DNA from: Vicugna vicugna
Lineage: Eukaryota
Direction of reading: 5' to 3'
NCBI GenBank assembly: GCA_013265495.1
Contig: MU062841.1
Location: forward strand, 5,481,786-5,545,785
Length of the DNA stretch: 64,000 bases
This document shows, one piece after another, positions 1 through 12,500 of the stretch. Made by a program: the position numbers and the translations under genes. Under the pieces are notes generated by a model. That model was not told where the DNA came from, did no database searches, and saw only the letters and a program-made list of their open reading frames with translations. The stretch's first letter is position 1; every line of letters begins with the position of its first letter.

Positions 1-2489
1 CCCGGGGCTCCTGCTCCAGAGTGAGCCTGAGATGGGTGAGGCAAGTCCATCTTGGATCCCAAATGCCTGTCTCAGCGTGAGCATCTCATAGGTCTGAATG
101 TGACTGGGAATCCCCTTCACATCCTCCCAAACTGTCCCATTCAGGCCTTCCTGGGGGAATACAGACCTGCAGTCAACAGCACCTCAGTGACAGGTATGGA
201 AACCCTAAGAGTTTATACAACGTGGCCCAAGCCAACCGGTTAATCTTATGCTGAACCAAATAAACCTTGACTGGTTCCAACACTGCAGGAAACACTGGCC
301 ATGTTGGATTCCGTGTCAGTCACAAATGTGACACCTTTCTAAGGGATAGTTCAGTGGTAACTTTTATGACTACATGATATCCACCTTTAGAAATCAGCCC
401 CCAAGTAAGATGCGACTCCACTGTAATAAAAGATCATGGAATTCATTTTCTTGCTTTCAGACAAAACAATTATCACGCTGCCACAGACAGTTAAGAATTT
501 AAAACACAGTAAAATAATTCCCACACGCACTGCACTCCAGCCCCACAGAACTTCTTTCAGGCCTCCAGGGGCACATGCTCCCTCCACCACCCCCTCCCCA
601 GCTCACTCCTTCTTACTCCTCTGGCCTGAGCCTTGTCTGTCCAGGAGTTCTCTGAGCGCCTGACAGGGTTGGGGCACAGCACATGAGTTCCCACGGCATA
701 GTTCCCTTTGCTGGTTGATGGGTCTGTTTCCTGCCCACATCCTCAGCACTAAACCACCACGAGCACATTGGCCCAGAGAATTTTGATCACTACCTTAACC
801 CCAGAACTTGGCAGTCAAACCACCTCCTCCACACATATTTGTTCAATGATGACTGGAATATTTCAGGAATTCACTTTAATGTTTAATAATCCTAAACGTC
901 AAGGAATTCTTCCCATATTATAATTTCCCCAAGTTCCTCTTGCTGCATTTCAAGGTTTGTGCCTCTAATTCAAAGAAGACTGGTCACTTCCCCTGTATAA
1001 GTAATACACACCCACGAAGTCCACGGCTCTCACCACTCCCTTCTCCACGTTCAATATTTTCGATCTCTTCCCTCTCATTGTTCTCCACTCCAAATCTTCA
1101 TCTTCTCCCAAGGTGCCCCAGTTCGGGCCTTTGAGGGGTCCGTGGGCCTGCAGCAAATTGCTCCTTGGTGACAGGTGTGGGAATTCTGATACACAGGTAG
1201 TTGTGCAGGTGGCACAAGGCAGTGGGTGGCTTTACAATCACACAGCTCTGGGTTCAAATTCTGCCTCCACTGCACACTGGCGATGAGACCTTCAGAGTCT
1301 CTTCACCTCCCCAAGCTGCTGATCAAAACGTGGCGAGAGGAAAAGTTGCCACAAGGGGCTGACGTAAGAATCAAGAGAGGCAGAGTGTGCAAACCCATCC
1401 TGGCTGGCCAAGTGTCTCACCCCAGAGGACGGGACATTGGGGGCTCTGGAGCCTGGGCAGCCTAGGCCAGACCCAGTGAGGCTTCAGGGGACAAAGTTGT
1501 TGCCAAGCAAATCCTACCACCTTGCGGCGCCTGTGCCCAGGAGCCCATCCCACCCAGCCTGAAGCCCCACCTTCCCCCTCCACCTCCAGTCGGCTGCTGC
1601 TTCTGGGGGTATCCCCCTCTTCTCTGCTACCCCAAGGCTTCTTGACCTGGACCAAACCCCTAACCCCAGGGTGTTCTCAACTTTATCTACTAGTCCTGTC
1701 ATCCTCAAAGACCCCTGCTCTCAATGGTCCTCATCGAACAGTTTTAGGGCTGCTTTCTGCCTCTGGGGTCTTCCCCCACCTCAGTCCTTCTTCAGCCATG
1801 AAGCAGCTACTTGAGGCCTGGGTGAGTGACTTTCCCGTTATCAGCGGTGTGCCTGTACTCCCCAGTCTTTACAGAGTATCCCTATTCTGGATACTTCTGG
1901 AAGCAAGGACAAGAGCCGTTTCCTCCTTCACTTCCTGTGGTCTGAAGCCCTGACATTCCAAGGCAGGCAGGAGGTGAGTGACAGCCTGAAGTGACGGGCT
2001 ATTAACCAGGCTTCTGGGAAATAAAGCAGAGAGGGGCGGTGGACTGAGGCTGTCCTGAGATTTCAGGCAAACAGGCTTTAACTTGCTGTGTGTGCTTGCA
2101 GCTTAGGGATCTGTGAGCTCTCAATAATTGGGTTGCTGACCCTCCAGCCACGCTCCTTTTCCCCCTGCTGGGGTAATAGAATGGGTCAGCGAGTCCATTC
2201 TGTTTTTAGTGCCCCCTAATTCTATGCCTAACAGTGGCTCTGGATTTCCTGGCCTAGGAAGGGAAACACGCCCAACCAGATGGATGTGGTTGGGACTGAC
2301 CTGCCATCCATCCATTTTGAGACTGCCTGATGGAATCCATTAATGTCCAAATTACCCATGTCCCTTTCCAAATAGGTCAGAAATGCTTGGCTGTCACATG
2401 TATAACCTGGAAAAAGGTGAGAACGGGAGTTGTAAAAGCTAAAGATGATACAGCTGAATTCCGGAGAATTTTGGAGCCTAAATATGTTG

Positions 2490-2760
2490 GAAGGAGGGAA
2501 GCATTTACTGAGTGTTTATAACAAGCCATGCATGATGCTAAGTACTTTCACATAAATTATCACATTACCTGTGAAATAGTATCATCTTCGTCTTACCGAC
2601 GACAAAGATGAAGTTAAGAAAGGTTAAGAACTAGCTCTGTAGGCAGATCTGAGTTCATATTACTAGTGAGTAACTCTAAGCAAGTTAACCAAACCTCTTT
2701 GAGTCTATTTTCTCATCTATAAAATAAGAATAGCAGTGCTCACTCTGATTTAAATAGAAA
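2490..2760. mobile_element. MIR fragments
   Basis: TATTTTCTCATCTATAAAATAAGAAT core and GCATTTACTGAGTGTTTAT...TGCTAAGTACTTTCACAT. Other MIR pieces lie at ~5600-5720, ~14370-14470, ~22580-22720, ~34050-34200 and ~35460-35560. Confidence 0.55.
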
Positions 2761-4149
2761 TATATGTGTAGGGATGGGCTCCAGCCCAGCTCCTGGCACT
2801 CAGGGGTCTCTCCACTGTTGTAAATAGTAACAGTACTTGTAATCAGCCTAAGATCATGAAACAAATTCAAACCCAGGTTTTCTAATTCCCAAGTTCAGTG
2901 CTCATGAGAAAAGATGCTGATTCACTTAAATAATTTTTGAGTATGGTCATGAGGCTGGCTCTGCCCCAGGATTTGGAAGTTCAGTTATGCATAGGAGCCA
3001 GACCAACGACTCATTGTCCTATGAAGTGCCAAGGTGCACATTCAAGGTGCAGAAATGCAGGTGACTCTTGAGGACACATTACCAGGAAAACAGGTTTATA
3101 AAAGTGGTGATATTTTCTCCATAACACCAGCAAAGGGGAAAAACAGAAATGACTGAAAATCATTGAGGAAGAAATGTTCATATGGGGGCTAAAATTCTGC
3201 AGGAGACTTCTAGTGAGCTGGGGGGTCTGTTTCACATGGTACACACACACACAGAGCAGCAGCATTTCTCTTAGGTACACAAACACACCTCAAATTGTAA
3301 CTCCCAACACCCACATCACGCACTGTACTCTTTCCTCCTCCCACTGTTTTCTTTAAAGACAGAAAACATCATCTTTTACTTTGTTCCTTGGCAATCTTCC
3401 ACCCAAGGATATACTAGAAACATTTTTTGGTCTTGTCTGGCAGCCAATGGAAGATTCAGGCTGGCACTCAGCATATATGGTCACTTCTGCTATAATGCTG
3501 AAAACACTTGGATTCTGCAAAATCACACTCTGACAACAGGGCTTCTGAGGAGTGGGGGCTGGGGAAGACCACTAATCTATAGAATTCTGTAGCCAGGGCA
3601 CTAACAAAACAGAATCTAGTCCCACAAGGATGCTAATGCAGTGAAGCCCCCGCTGGCATGTGCCCTGATCCCTAGCAACCTTAAATCCTGGGGTTTCATT
3701 CTTCTTCCTAAGATGTAGGTTCTCTGAGGTGTCAGTCCTAACAGAGACCAGTTCCATCAAAATCAAAAATGTAGTCCAGGATGGGCCACCTCTTCATCAA
3801 TTTTGTAAAACAAAGTGGGGTGGGGTGGGGTGGAGCTAGGGGATCCCCCTTCCACTCGGTTTCCCCAGACAGCCTAACCCAGTAAAAAGGCTGGTGGTGA
3901 GTCTTGAAGCTACTAAACTAGCCACTGCTTGCAATAAAGGAAGGCACTTCTATACAATTTTCAGTTTTTCTTAGGGTATTCCATCCTGTTTCTGGTCACT
4001 TCAAAATATTAATGTCTGAGGAAAATCTCACAGGAACTAACCTAATTTCAGGTTATCCAGACACCATTTCTCTACATACCAATTTTACATGTGCTATTTC
4101 CCTTTAAAGAAACAACTCCGTAACAAAACAGACCATCTTATGAATGGTC

Positions 4150-4943
4150 ATTAAAATTCTGGTACCAACTCAAGTGTGGGGTTTTTTTTTCTTACACCAA
4201 GCAACTCTCAGGCCGAGCTAGGTGTCCTCCAATTCATCTCAGTTCTGACACTGTCTACCTGAAGAAAGCATCAGATCCCACGAGTTAAGGACTCCATCCT
4301 ACAAGACCCCTTCGCCCCTCTTCAGGTGTCAGTTGCAAGTCCAAGTGGTCACTTGTGCTTCTGATCAACTGGCTATAAACTGGAGATTCCAAGGACCTCA
4401 TCTTGGGTGCAGTTAATTTGCTAAAGCAGCTCACAGAACCCAGAGAAACATTTTACTTATTAGAGCACTGGTTTATCACTGAGGGATATAACTCAGAAAC
4501 AGGCAGATGGAAGAGCGCACAGGGCAAGGGATGGGGAAAGGGCTCAGGGCTTCCACGCCCTCTCCCAGGACACCACTCTCCCCAGAGCTCCATGTGTCCA
4601 CCAGCCCCAATGCTCTCCAAACCCCGTCCTTTTGGGTTTTATGGAGGCTTCATTACATAGGCATGACTACATCACTGGCCACTGGTGATAGAACTCAATC
4701 TCTAGCCCCTCCCCGGAGGTCAGGGGTGGGACTAAAGTTCCAATTGTCTAATCACATGGTTGGCTCCCCTGGCAACTAGCCTCCATCCTTAGATTACCAA
4801 GAGGCTTTCCAAGTCACCTCATCAACATAACAAAAGACATCCTTATGCTCTCATCACAGGAAATTCAAAGGGTTTTAGGAGCGCTGTGCCGGGAATGGAG
4901 AGGAGGACCAAATATGTATTTCTTCTTGTACATCATGAAATCA
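4150..4943 (-). mobile_element. Solo ERVL-class LTR, MER21-like
   Basis: Recognisable MER21 segments such as AGTTAATTTGCTAAAGCAGCTCACAGAAC, CTCCCCGGAGGTCAGGGGTGGGACTAAAGTTCCAA and GAAATTCAAAGGGTTTTAGGAGC. Boundaries approximate. Confidence 0.75.
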
Positions 4944-6183
4944 GTCATGAAATTAGTCACCACCTCACCCTGGTGATTCCTTCCCTTCCAGGTTAGAGGT
5001 CCCTGAGGTGAACATGCAGTGAGTTCACATACACAACTCACTCCGAGACCCAGGAAGGGAAATGCGTGCCTGGTCCCATGGCTGCCTTCACCCTCTCCCA
5101 CTGCCCAGGCTTCACTGCAGAGGTGTCACTGCTGCCCATGAAATCCGCAAGCCTTAGCTGGGGCATCATCCCTCTGGAACAAGATGAAAGCAGGCATGCA
5201 CGAGGCAGGGGAAGGATGGACTATCATGACCAGGCACCTCAACTTCAATCACCAAGAGCAACTTTCCCAACACTGTGTAAGAACACGAGGCTACACGTGA
5301 CGCAGAAACCACATTTCACAAGCTTACATCGTACAAGCCGGTCCGTTTCATCCAAAAGGCTTTCTGAGAGGATACCAGAAGTTTTATAGGACCCAGGACT
5401 GCAGCCTTGCTATTGGAACCACTATTCTGAGCAGAAAGGCACATGCCTGAGACCTTCCCTCTCTTCCTCTCATTTAGCAAATGCTCACTGAGTGCCCTCC
5501 ATGTGCCAGGAACGGGGACAAACGGTGACCCAAGCAACACAGAGAGGTCAAGAGCCTCGACCCAAAGGCAAGAGGTCAGGTTCTCCTCCTGTACCATCAG
5601 TCACCTACAGTAAGACTCTCAGCCAATCACATCTGGCTGTGACCCTCAGCCCCCCAACCACTGTCTGTAAAATGGAGACACAGGCTGACCTCACATACTT
5701 CACATGACTGTTTCAAAACACATAAGCTGTGATTAAACTGTTTAAATATAAAATGCTTTAAAGAAAAAAGAAAGTAGGAATGAAAATAGGAAGGAGGGGA
5801 GGGAAGGAGTGAGGAAGGGGAAGGGAAGGAAGCAAAGTAAAGCAAGGAAAAAAGAAAGAATCATTTCCTAGGCTAGACTGATATACTTTTACATCAAGTA
5901 AAAAGAAATACAAAACAAAATGACTAAGAAACTACATAGCACTGGGTTTTGTTTCACGAGCCTTGAAGCTTTCACAGAACTCAAGGCTTTTGATTCATTT
6001 CTTTCTGTGCTTTCTTCATGGGCCCAGGAAGCCAGCTGATTCACTACAAAGTAATGCAACACGACTCAGTTACCAGCCTGGAAGAAAAGGAAGGGCACCC
6101 TAAAAGGGGGCTCTCTCTTCACAGGGAGAAGCCAGGAGTCCTCAAAGGACAAATCAGCCGAGACCCACACAATAATAAACTCG

Positions 6184-6189
6184 TTTATT
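6184..6189 (-). terminator. Probable MRPL46 polyadenylation signal AATAAA
   Basis: TTTATT on + at 6184-6189, about 120 nt past the stop codon. First canonical hexamer downstream of the stop. Confidence 0.7.
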
Positions 6190-6307
6190 TCTCAGAGTTT
6201 AGTTTGCCGCTTGACATTCTCTGCAAAGATGAGGCAACCCCACGACATCCGTTCTTCAGGCCAAACCGCAGACCCATCCAAGCACTGACCACAGGCAGCT
6301 CAGTCCA

Positions 6308-6558
6308 TCAGAGGTCCAAGAGAAACCTCTTAACCTGGGCCAGGTATTTTGGTTTCAAATAGTCATCCAGCTCCTCCTTACTGACCCATACATGGTGGCC
6401 CTTCTTCCCGGCCTGGGAAAAGTCTCCAGTTAGTAGTAGTGCTTTAAAGAAGAATATTTTGGCCCCAAGGCTGCTCTCTGTCCGCACTGCCTGGGGGAAC
6501 TTGAACTTGTAGTGGCCACAGGGTGCATTTCCCAGGAACTTGGCTTCCATGTTGTTTT
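6308..6558 (-). CDS. MRPL46: MRPL46 coding exon 4 (251 nt to stop)
   Basis: Acceptor CCTCCTCCCTCAG|AA. Encodes [23 protein letters not shown]...RFLLDL, with TGA at 6310-6308. Confidence 0.96.
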
Positions 6559-9500
6559 CTGAGGGAGGAGGGGAAACAGAATCGGAAGATGAGGACACAC
6601 CTACCTGTTTACTCTGGTGCCCAAAATCATCAGGGTCTCTGTGAGAGTCACTTCCGGCCTGAAGTACAAAGCAATCCCTGGGAGTGAGAGCTCGGGTCAC
6701 TCCTGAAGACCCTCGTCTCCTCTCAATCCAAAGGCTCCCGATTCAGAGTCCACTCCTCGTGTCAAGCTACTGCTCTCAGGCTGAGGCCAGCAATGCAGCT
6801 CAAACACCACCACCGGGGAGTCAGAGCCCCGAGCTTCTAGACTCAGCCGGGTCACTAGCTGTTGACAAAGGACCAAGACACTCGGTATCTGTAAAGCAAG
6901 GTTCGTCAGTCTTTTAAACGGAGTGTCTCATGGAAAGCATAAAAAGGACCCGATTTGACTGCTGCAGGGTGAAAACCAAAGTTAAAAGGCAAAGACAGAT
7001 GGACAGATGATATCTGCAATCTACAGCAAAGGGTTAGTAACCCCAACCCAGCTTTTCAAAGGATGAGGAAATGACGGATGAATTACTAAATGGCACTGGG
7101 AGGATGGACTAGCTAACAGGAAAAAATAAAGCTCACTCCCCATATCAAAACTGACACCATACAGATCAAGGATTTAACAGAAATGTAAAATTTTCCTAAA
7201 CAGTTTGTACATTCTGGGTGATGGTTTAATGGATGTTTAACAGTTTCTCAGTTTTCCTGTATTTTAAATTTTTTCATTAAAAAGAAACCATAAGAGTACT
7301 ATTTTAAAATGTCGGATACTTTCTGTATCATTTATGAGAGGGGGAAGTCCTAACCAAGACACAAAATTCAGAAATCCAAAAAGAGAAAACATATTTATTC
7401 ACATAGAAACTAAAATCTTTCTGCAAGGAAAAATGAAGCATAAAAATGTCACAGACCCAAAAAAACACAAACAAGGAAAAATATTTTCAACACATTCAAC
7501 AAAGGAATAATATCTTAAGGTATAAGTAGTATTTAGAAATCAATGAGGAAAAAAACCAACAACTCTAAAAGAAAAATGAATCAAAATATGAATAAGAAGT
7601 TTACATGAAAATAAGTATCAATGACCTATAAGCTCATTAAAAGATGCTCAATCTCATTAACAATCCAAGAAATATAAATTAAAACAACAACAATACATCA
7701 TTATTACTGAAGCTCAAAAACTGAGCTATACACTGCTCGTCAAGGATAAGGGAAAACTGGGTTCTCTCACACACACTGTGAGGATGTAATTAGTATAACT
7801 GCTATGATTGGCAAGAGGTATCAATTTTAATTACATATACCCTTTGATCTAGCTACTCTGCTTCTAGAATTTCATCTTTCTGGGTATATTTATTTGCCCA
7901 TATGAGCACAGCGGAGTATACGCAGATGTTCACTGTAGTTTTATTTGTAAAAGCAACAGACTGGTTAAAGTGCAGTACACACATATATGAAATGGTACAC
8001 TGGCATTAAAAGTATAAGATATGTTTTCACTTGCTGATAAAGAACTATGTTTAAAAGCTGTATATAAGAGAAAGGAAGGCATGTAACTGTGGGGGTGTGT
8101 ATGTGTGTGTACACATGCTCCCACTATGAAAAGAAAGAAACATAAAAAACCTATGTGCCTGCAAATTCTAAATGGATACACAAATAACTATCCATGGTGG
8201 CTGCCTCTGAGATGGGAAAATTACTTATTATTTCCTATAGTACTACATTTACTAGACACTGTTAGATATTTTTTCACAATATACAAGGAATTGCTCTTCT
8301 CAATATTAAAAACACCACCACCGTGATCAGCATGAGATGAGGGATTCATGTATGACATGAGTTCTCCTATAATACAGAATGTCAGCAGTGGGGATCTGTA
8401 GGTTGTGGAATTATATTGACATGCTTCTTTATACTTTTCTGAACTTTCCACTTAATTAAGTGAATACATACTACTTTTCTATATCTGGAAAAAATGGATT
8501 AAAATGTAATCAAATTTTTAAAAAAATTTCATTACAAACACAAGCCAAGAATCTAAATGGGTGGTTCACAGAAGAGATACAAACAGCCATAGGAAATACG
8601 AACATATGAAAAGATGATCAATCTCACCAGCAGTCAAGAAACTGCTAATCCAAAAGAGATCATTTTTTTACTGACTGGACAGGCAAAAATTTTAAAAAGA
8701 GACTACTTCACACGTTGGGAGGTCGAGACAAACAGGCACTCTTATACACCACTCCTGAAAATGTCAAATGTTGTGCATGTTCTGCAGGACACTTGGGCAG
8801 TATCTATCAAACACTGAAAGGTGTCATCCTTGACCACTACTTCCACGTCAAGGAGTTCCATCTTGCAGACACACTTGGGAAGTGTGCCAGTGGGGAGGAA
8901 AGGAACATCTGACTTTTTTATGTATGTACTTTTATATTGCTTGAGCTTTTCTTTGCCATTTTAATTATTTTATATTATTTGCCATTTTAATGAATTTGAA
9001 ATAAATCAACATATTTCATTTTACATGCATCTATAAAATACTAATGTATCCTTTCACACTTATTTATGACAATGGGAATGTTAAAAGGAAAAAAGCATGG
9101 TGCTAAGGGGAGCCCCTTCCACGTGGCGCACAACAAGTGGGGCTGAGCATCTAGATACAATACCCTACAAGAAACCCAGCTGCCAACTCCAGTGTGATGG
9201 CTAAGAAAACTGAGAGCGCAGCAGAAGCCCCTCCCATTCCATCTGTCTCCTTACCTCTCCTGCAGGCCACACAGCCCCTCTCAGGAAAGGATCAAGACAG
9301 CACACCCGGCTGCTGACATTTCATTGGCAGGTACTTACGCTGGTGGCAGGGCCAGTAAAGTGGCTGTGCGTTTATACCACCAAATCATTTACTCAATACG
9401 CATTCAGCAAGTACCTACTATGTGTCAGGTACTTTGCTAGATACTAACTATATTTTCAAGGGAGTCAGAATTCTGGCTGGGGAGAGACCATGTGTTACTA

Positions 9501-12500
9501 ATTATACAGCAATGGAATAAATGAAGAACGTCTTCTCCGCTGAACGTAATCTCCCAGGAAGCACAGGTAGTGCCCTGTTCATCACTGTGACCCCACTGCC
9601 TGGGGAGTGTCCAGCAAACCCTGGGCACAGAGTAAATGTGTGCTGCATCAACTGAGTAAGGGCACACACAAGTGCTAGGAAGCCTAGAGGGAGGAGTAGC
9701 TCCCTCTACCTACAAGGTTCCACCACAGAAGACAGAATGTACGAGCTGCATTTTAAAAACTGAGCAGTCAGGCTAGAGAGGAATAAAGCCTTCCAGGCAG
9801 GGACCAGACCCCAAAACAGAGACACATGAAAAACCACATTATTCATGGAATACAAAAGGTTTGCTAGGTTAGAACTTAGAATATACGTTAATGAGTGGCA
9901 AGACGGAAGACTGATGAGCTTGAGAACAGAGCAAAAAGGATCTGTAGACCATGCTCGAAAGTCTGCTTTTATGGGAAACCCTTTAAGAATTCTAGGCAGA
10001 GAAGTGACAAGGGAATTGTGTTTTAGAAGGCTCAAGCTGGTGCATTGAAGAGTATGACACGAAAGCAAGGGGGAACTTATTTGGCATCTACTTCAATGGT
10101 CCAGTGTAGTGGTTCTCAACCACTGTGACTTCACTGCCCAGGTAACATCTGGCAATGCCAAGAGATATTTTTGGTTATCACACTAGGAGGAGTGGGGATG
10201 GGTTAGCGCTACTGGCATCCAGCAGGCAGGGATCAGAGATGTTGCTAAACATCTTACAATGCACGGAAGCCCCCAGAAAGAATCATCTCGCCCCAAATTT
10301 CAACAGTGCTAACGCTGAGAAACCTTGGTCTAGTGACAAATGAAAAGGGCCACAGTTAAAGCCACAGGAATAAACAGGGGACTACTAAGAACAAACCATG
10401 TTGGATTCACAGGCTTATGGATGCTAGAAAGAGGTCAGGGATAACTGAGGTTTCTAGTTAGGTGAATGGGTAAAGGGTGGTGTCAGTAAGCAAGGCTGCA
10501 AGGACAAAAAGAGAAGTAGCTGAGAGAATGGTAGAAACAGCAACTCTGAATGTACTAAATATAAAAATCTCCATGGGGGAGAGGGAGCACGCAGGGATGG
10601 TGCCTGCCAGCCTCTGTCCATGAAGGGTATTCCAGTAGGCCCCTAGATGTGTGCTAAATTGGAGGCCTGCCCCCCAGACCAATGCTTTATGTTAAGCAAA
10701 CAAGCCTTTTTCACAGCAAGTCTGGGTGCTTTTCAATTGGCTGCCTCTGCACTGGGCCTTCAGGGGCAGAATCTCAATCATAGCTGTCAGGGACAATACA
10801 GACTGTTAAAAACCAAGCAAAATGAGGCAAAAGAGAATAACCAACCAAGATATCTTCCTCAAAATGATACCAGATGGCCAAGAAATGAAAAATCTCATTT
10901 TCAAAGGAACACCCAAAATTCAAAGTCAATCTTAGAACTAGGCAGTGGATTACCTAGACACAGAGGTTCTGAAAGACCGAGCACTTCTCCAAGATCTGAA
11001 GTACAGGCTGCAGAGATGGAATGTGACAGACCACATTCGAGATGTGACAGAACTGAAGCTACTCCACATCATCTAAGTTCTCAGCACAATGATGCTGCTT
11101 TAAAAAAGAGGGGTAGCTCTATGTAAAGCAGATCAGGAAAAGGTCCATACTCTGCAGAGGTGAAAGAAAATCCACTTCCCTCAAGAATCCATAAATTATA
11201 CTAACCAAGAATGTGGGAAAAGAGAAAACCAAACAGCAAATCCTGATCATTTTTATGACAGGAACCACAACAATAAATAATGATGCTTTCAGTGCTGTAA
11301 AACCTGAAACACATCTCAACACTAGTACTGATTATCAGAATCTTGTTGGAACTAACAGTTTCACTGGTGCTCCAAATGGAGAGACAAACATGCCACTGAA
11401 GGGAAGGCCAATAGGACCTACTAAGCCAGACCCATCATAGCTACACCCTACTGATGATAAAACAGTTTATAGCACTGTGCCCAAAAGAAGATCCGGGTCA
11501 ATTAAACCAGAAACATTACTGGAATCACTTATTTCTATGGAGAATGCAAAACTGTGGAAACCTGGAGGAAAGTGTTTTGCACTTTATTGGAAGACACAAG
11601 CTTTACCGAGCAGAAGCTGCAACTCCATTCTTCAAGTATGACAGCAGTGTATGGAAACTGTGAAGTGCTACTAAGCAACAATCGGCCCATTCAAATAGAG
11701 GCAGGGAGGAAGACCGCATCTACAACCAAATTCCTGACCTCCGCAGAGGAGGTGATGGCCAGCCAGGATGATGCACTCAGCCAACCCAACAGTTCTACCA
11801 ACCTCCCCAGGCTCAGAACTAATAATGAGAAGAGTCTTTGCGAAGAAAGAGTGGTGACTGAAATATCCTGGTCAACACCTGTTGCCAGACCTCCTACTTT
11901 CCCAACAGAATAAAATGCAGCCATGGTGGATATTATCATTTGGAGAATGAAAAAGTAGATTTTAGGGGAAAAAAAATTCAACCCACACAGAGAATGAGGA
12001 AAAAATGTGCAGTTAAATAAAGCAAAGAACTTTTACAAGTGAAAGAGAGAATTCTTCCTTCTGCCATCAATAAAACCAATGTGCTGTTATAAAAATAAAT
12101 AAATAAATAATTTAAAAGAAATAAAATAGAAATAAAATTTTAAAATCTCAGTGATAGAAATACTCTCACTTGATCTAAGATTATCTTCCTAGCTGAAATT
12201 TTTATAAATACCCAAGTTTCCGTTAACCTTCCCACCTCCGATCCTTAAAGTCATGCCCACAGTCAGCCTGCAAATCCTCTGGCTGAGTCCGGTGTGTTTT
12301 GTGGTGTTTAAGGGAGGCAAAGAACTCACCTGAGAGGTTCACCAGGCTTCGCTCAGCTGTTTGTCGCAGAGTCTCCCCGGGCTGCCACTCTGCCTGTGGC
12401 AGCATCCACAGATCCTGGTCTCCAAGCTTCTCTTTTATCAACAGAATAAGGTTCCTGTCCAGTTTGCGGTGCAATGAGGTTTGGTCATTCTTTTCATCGG

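Noticed and set aside
3817-3842. G-run clusters with G-quadruplex potential (also ~63787-63802)
   Set aside because: Common simple G-rich motifs with no contextual support for function.
6559-6700. Open frame extending MRPL46 exon 4 upstream by ~47 codons
   Set aside because: It starts at GTG, has no similarity to MRPL46, and a clear acceptor exists at 6559.
9255-9340. Splice-like sites on both strands in MRPL46 intron 3
   Set aside because: The partner sites are weak or derived from an L2 repeat, and no coherent exon emerges.
10564-10571. Alternative TSD AAAATCTC for the TDRD3 retrocopy, implying ~200 nt of extra 5' sequence
   Set aside because: 10572-10776 shows no TDRD3 similarity I can recognise on either strand, and AATCTCA at 10770-10776 abuts the homology start, so it is preferred. 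Not fully excluded without the empty-site sequence.
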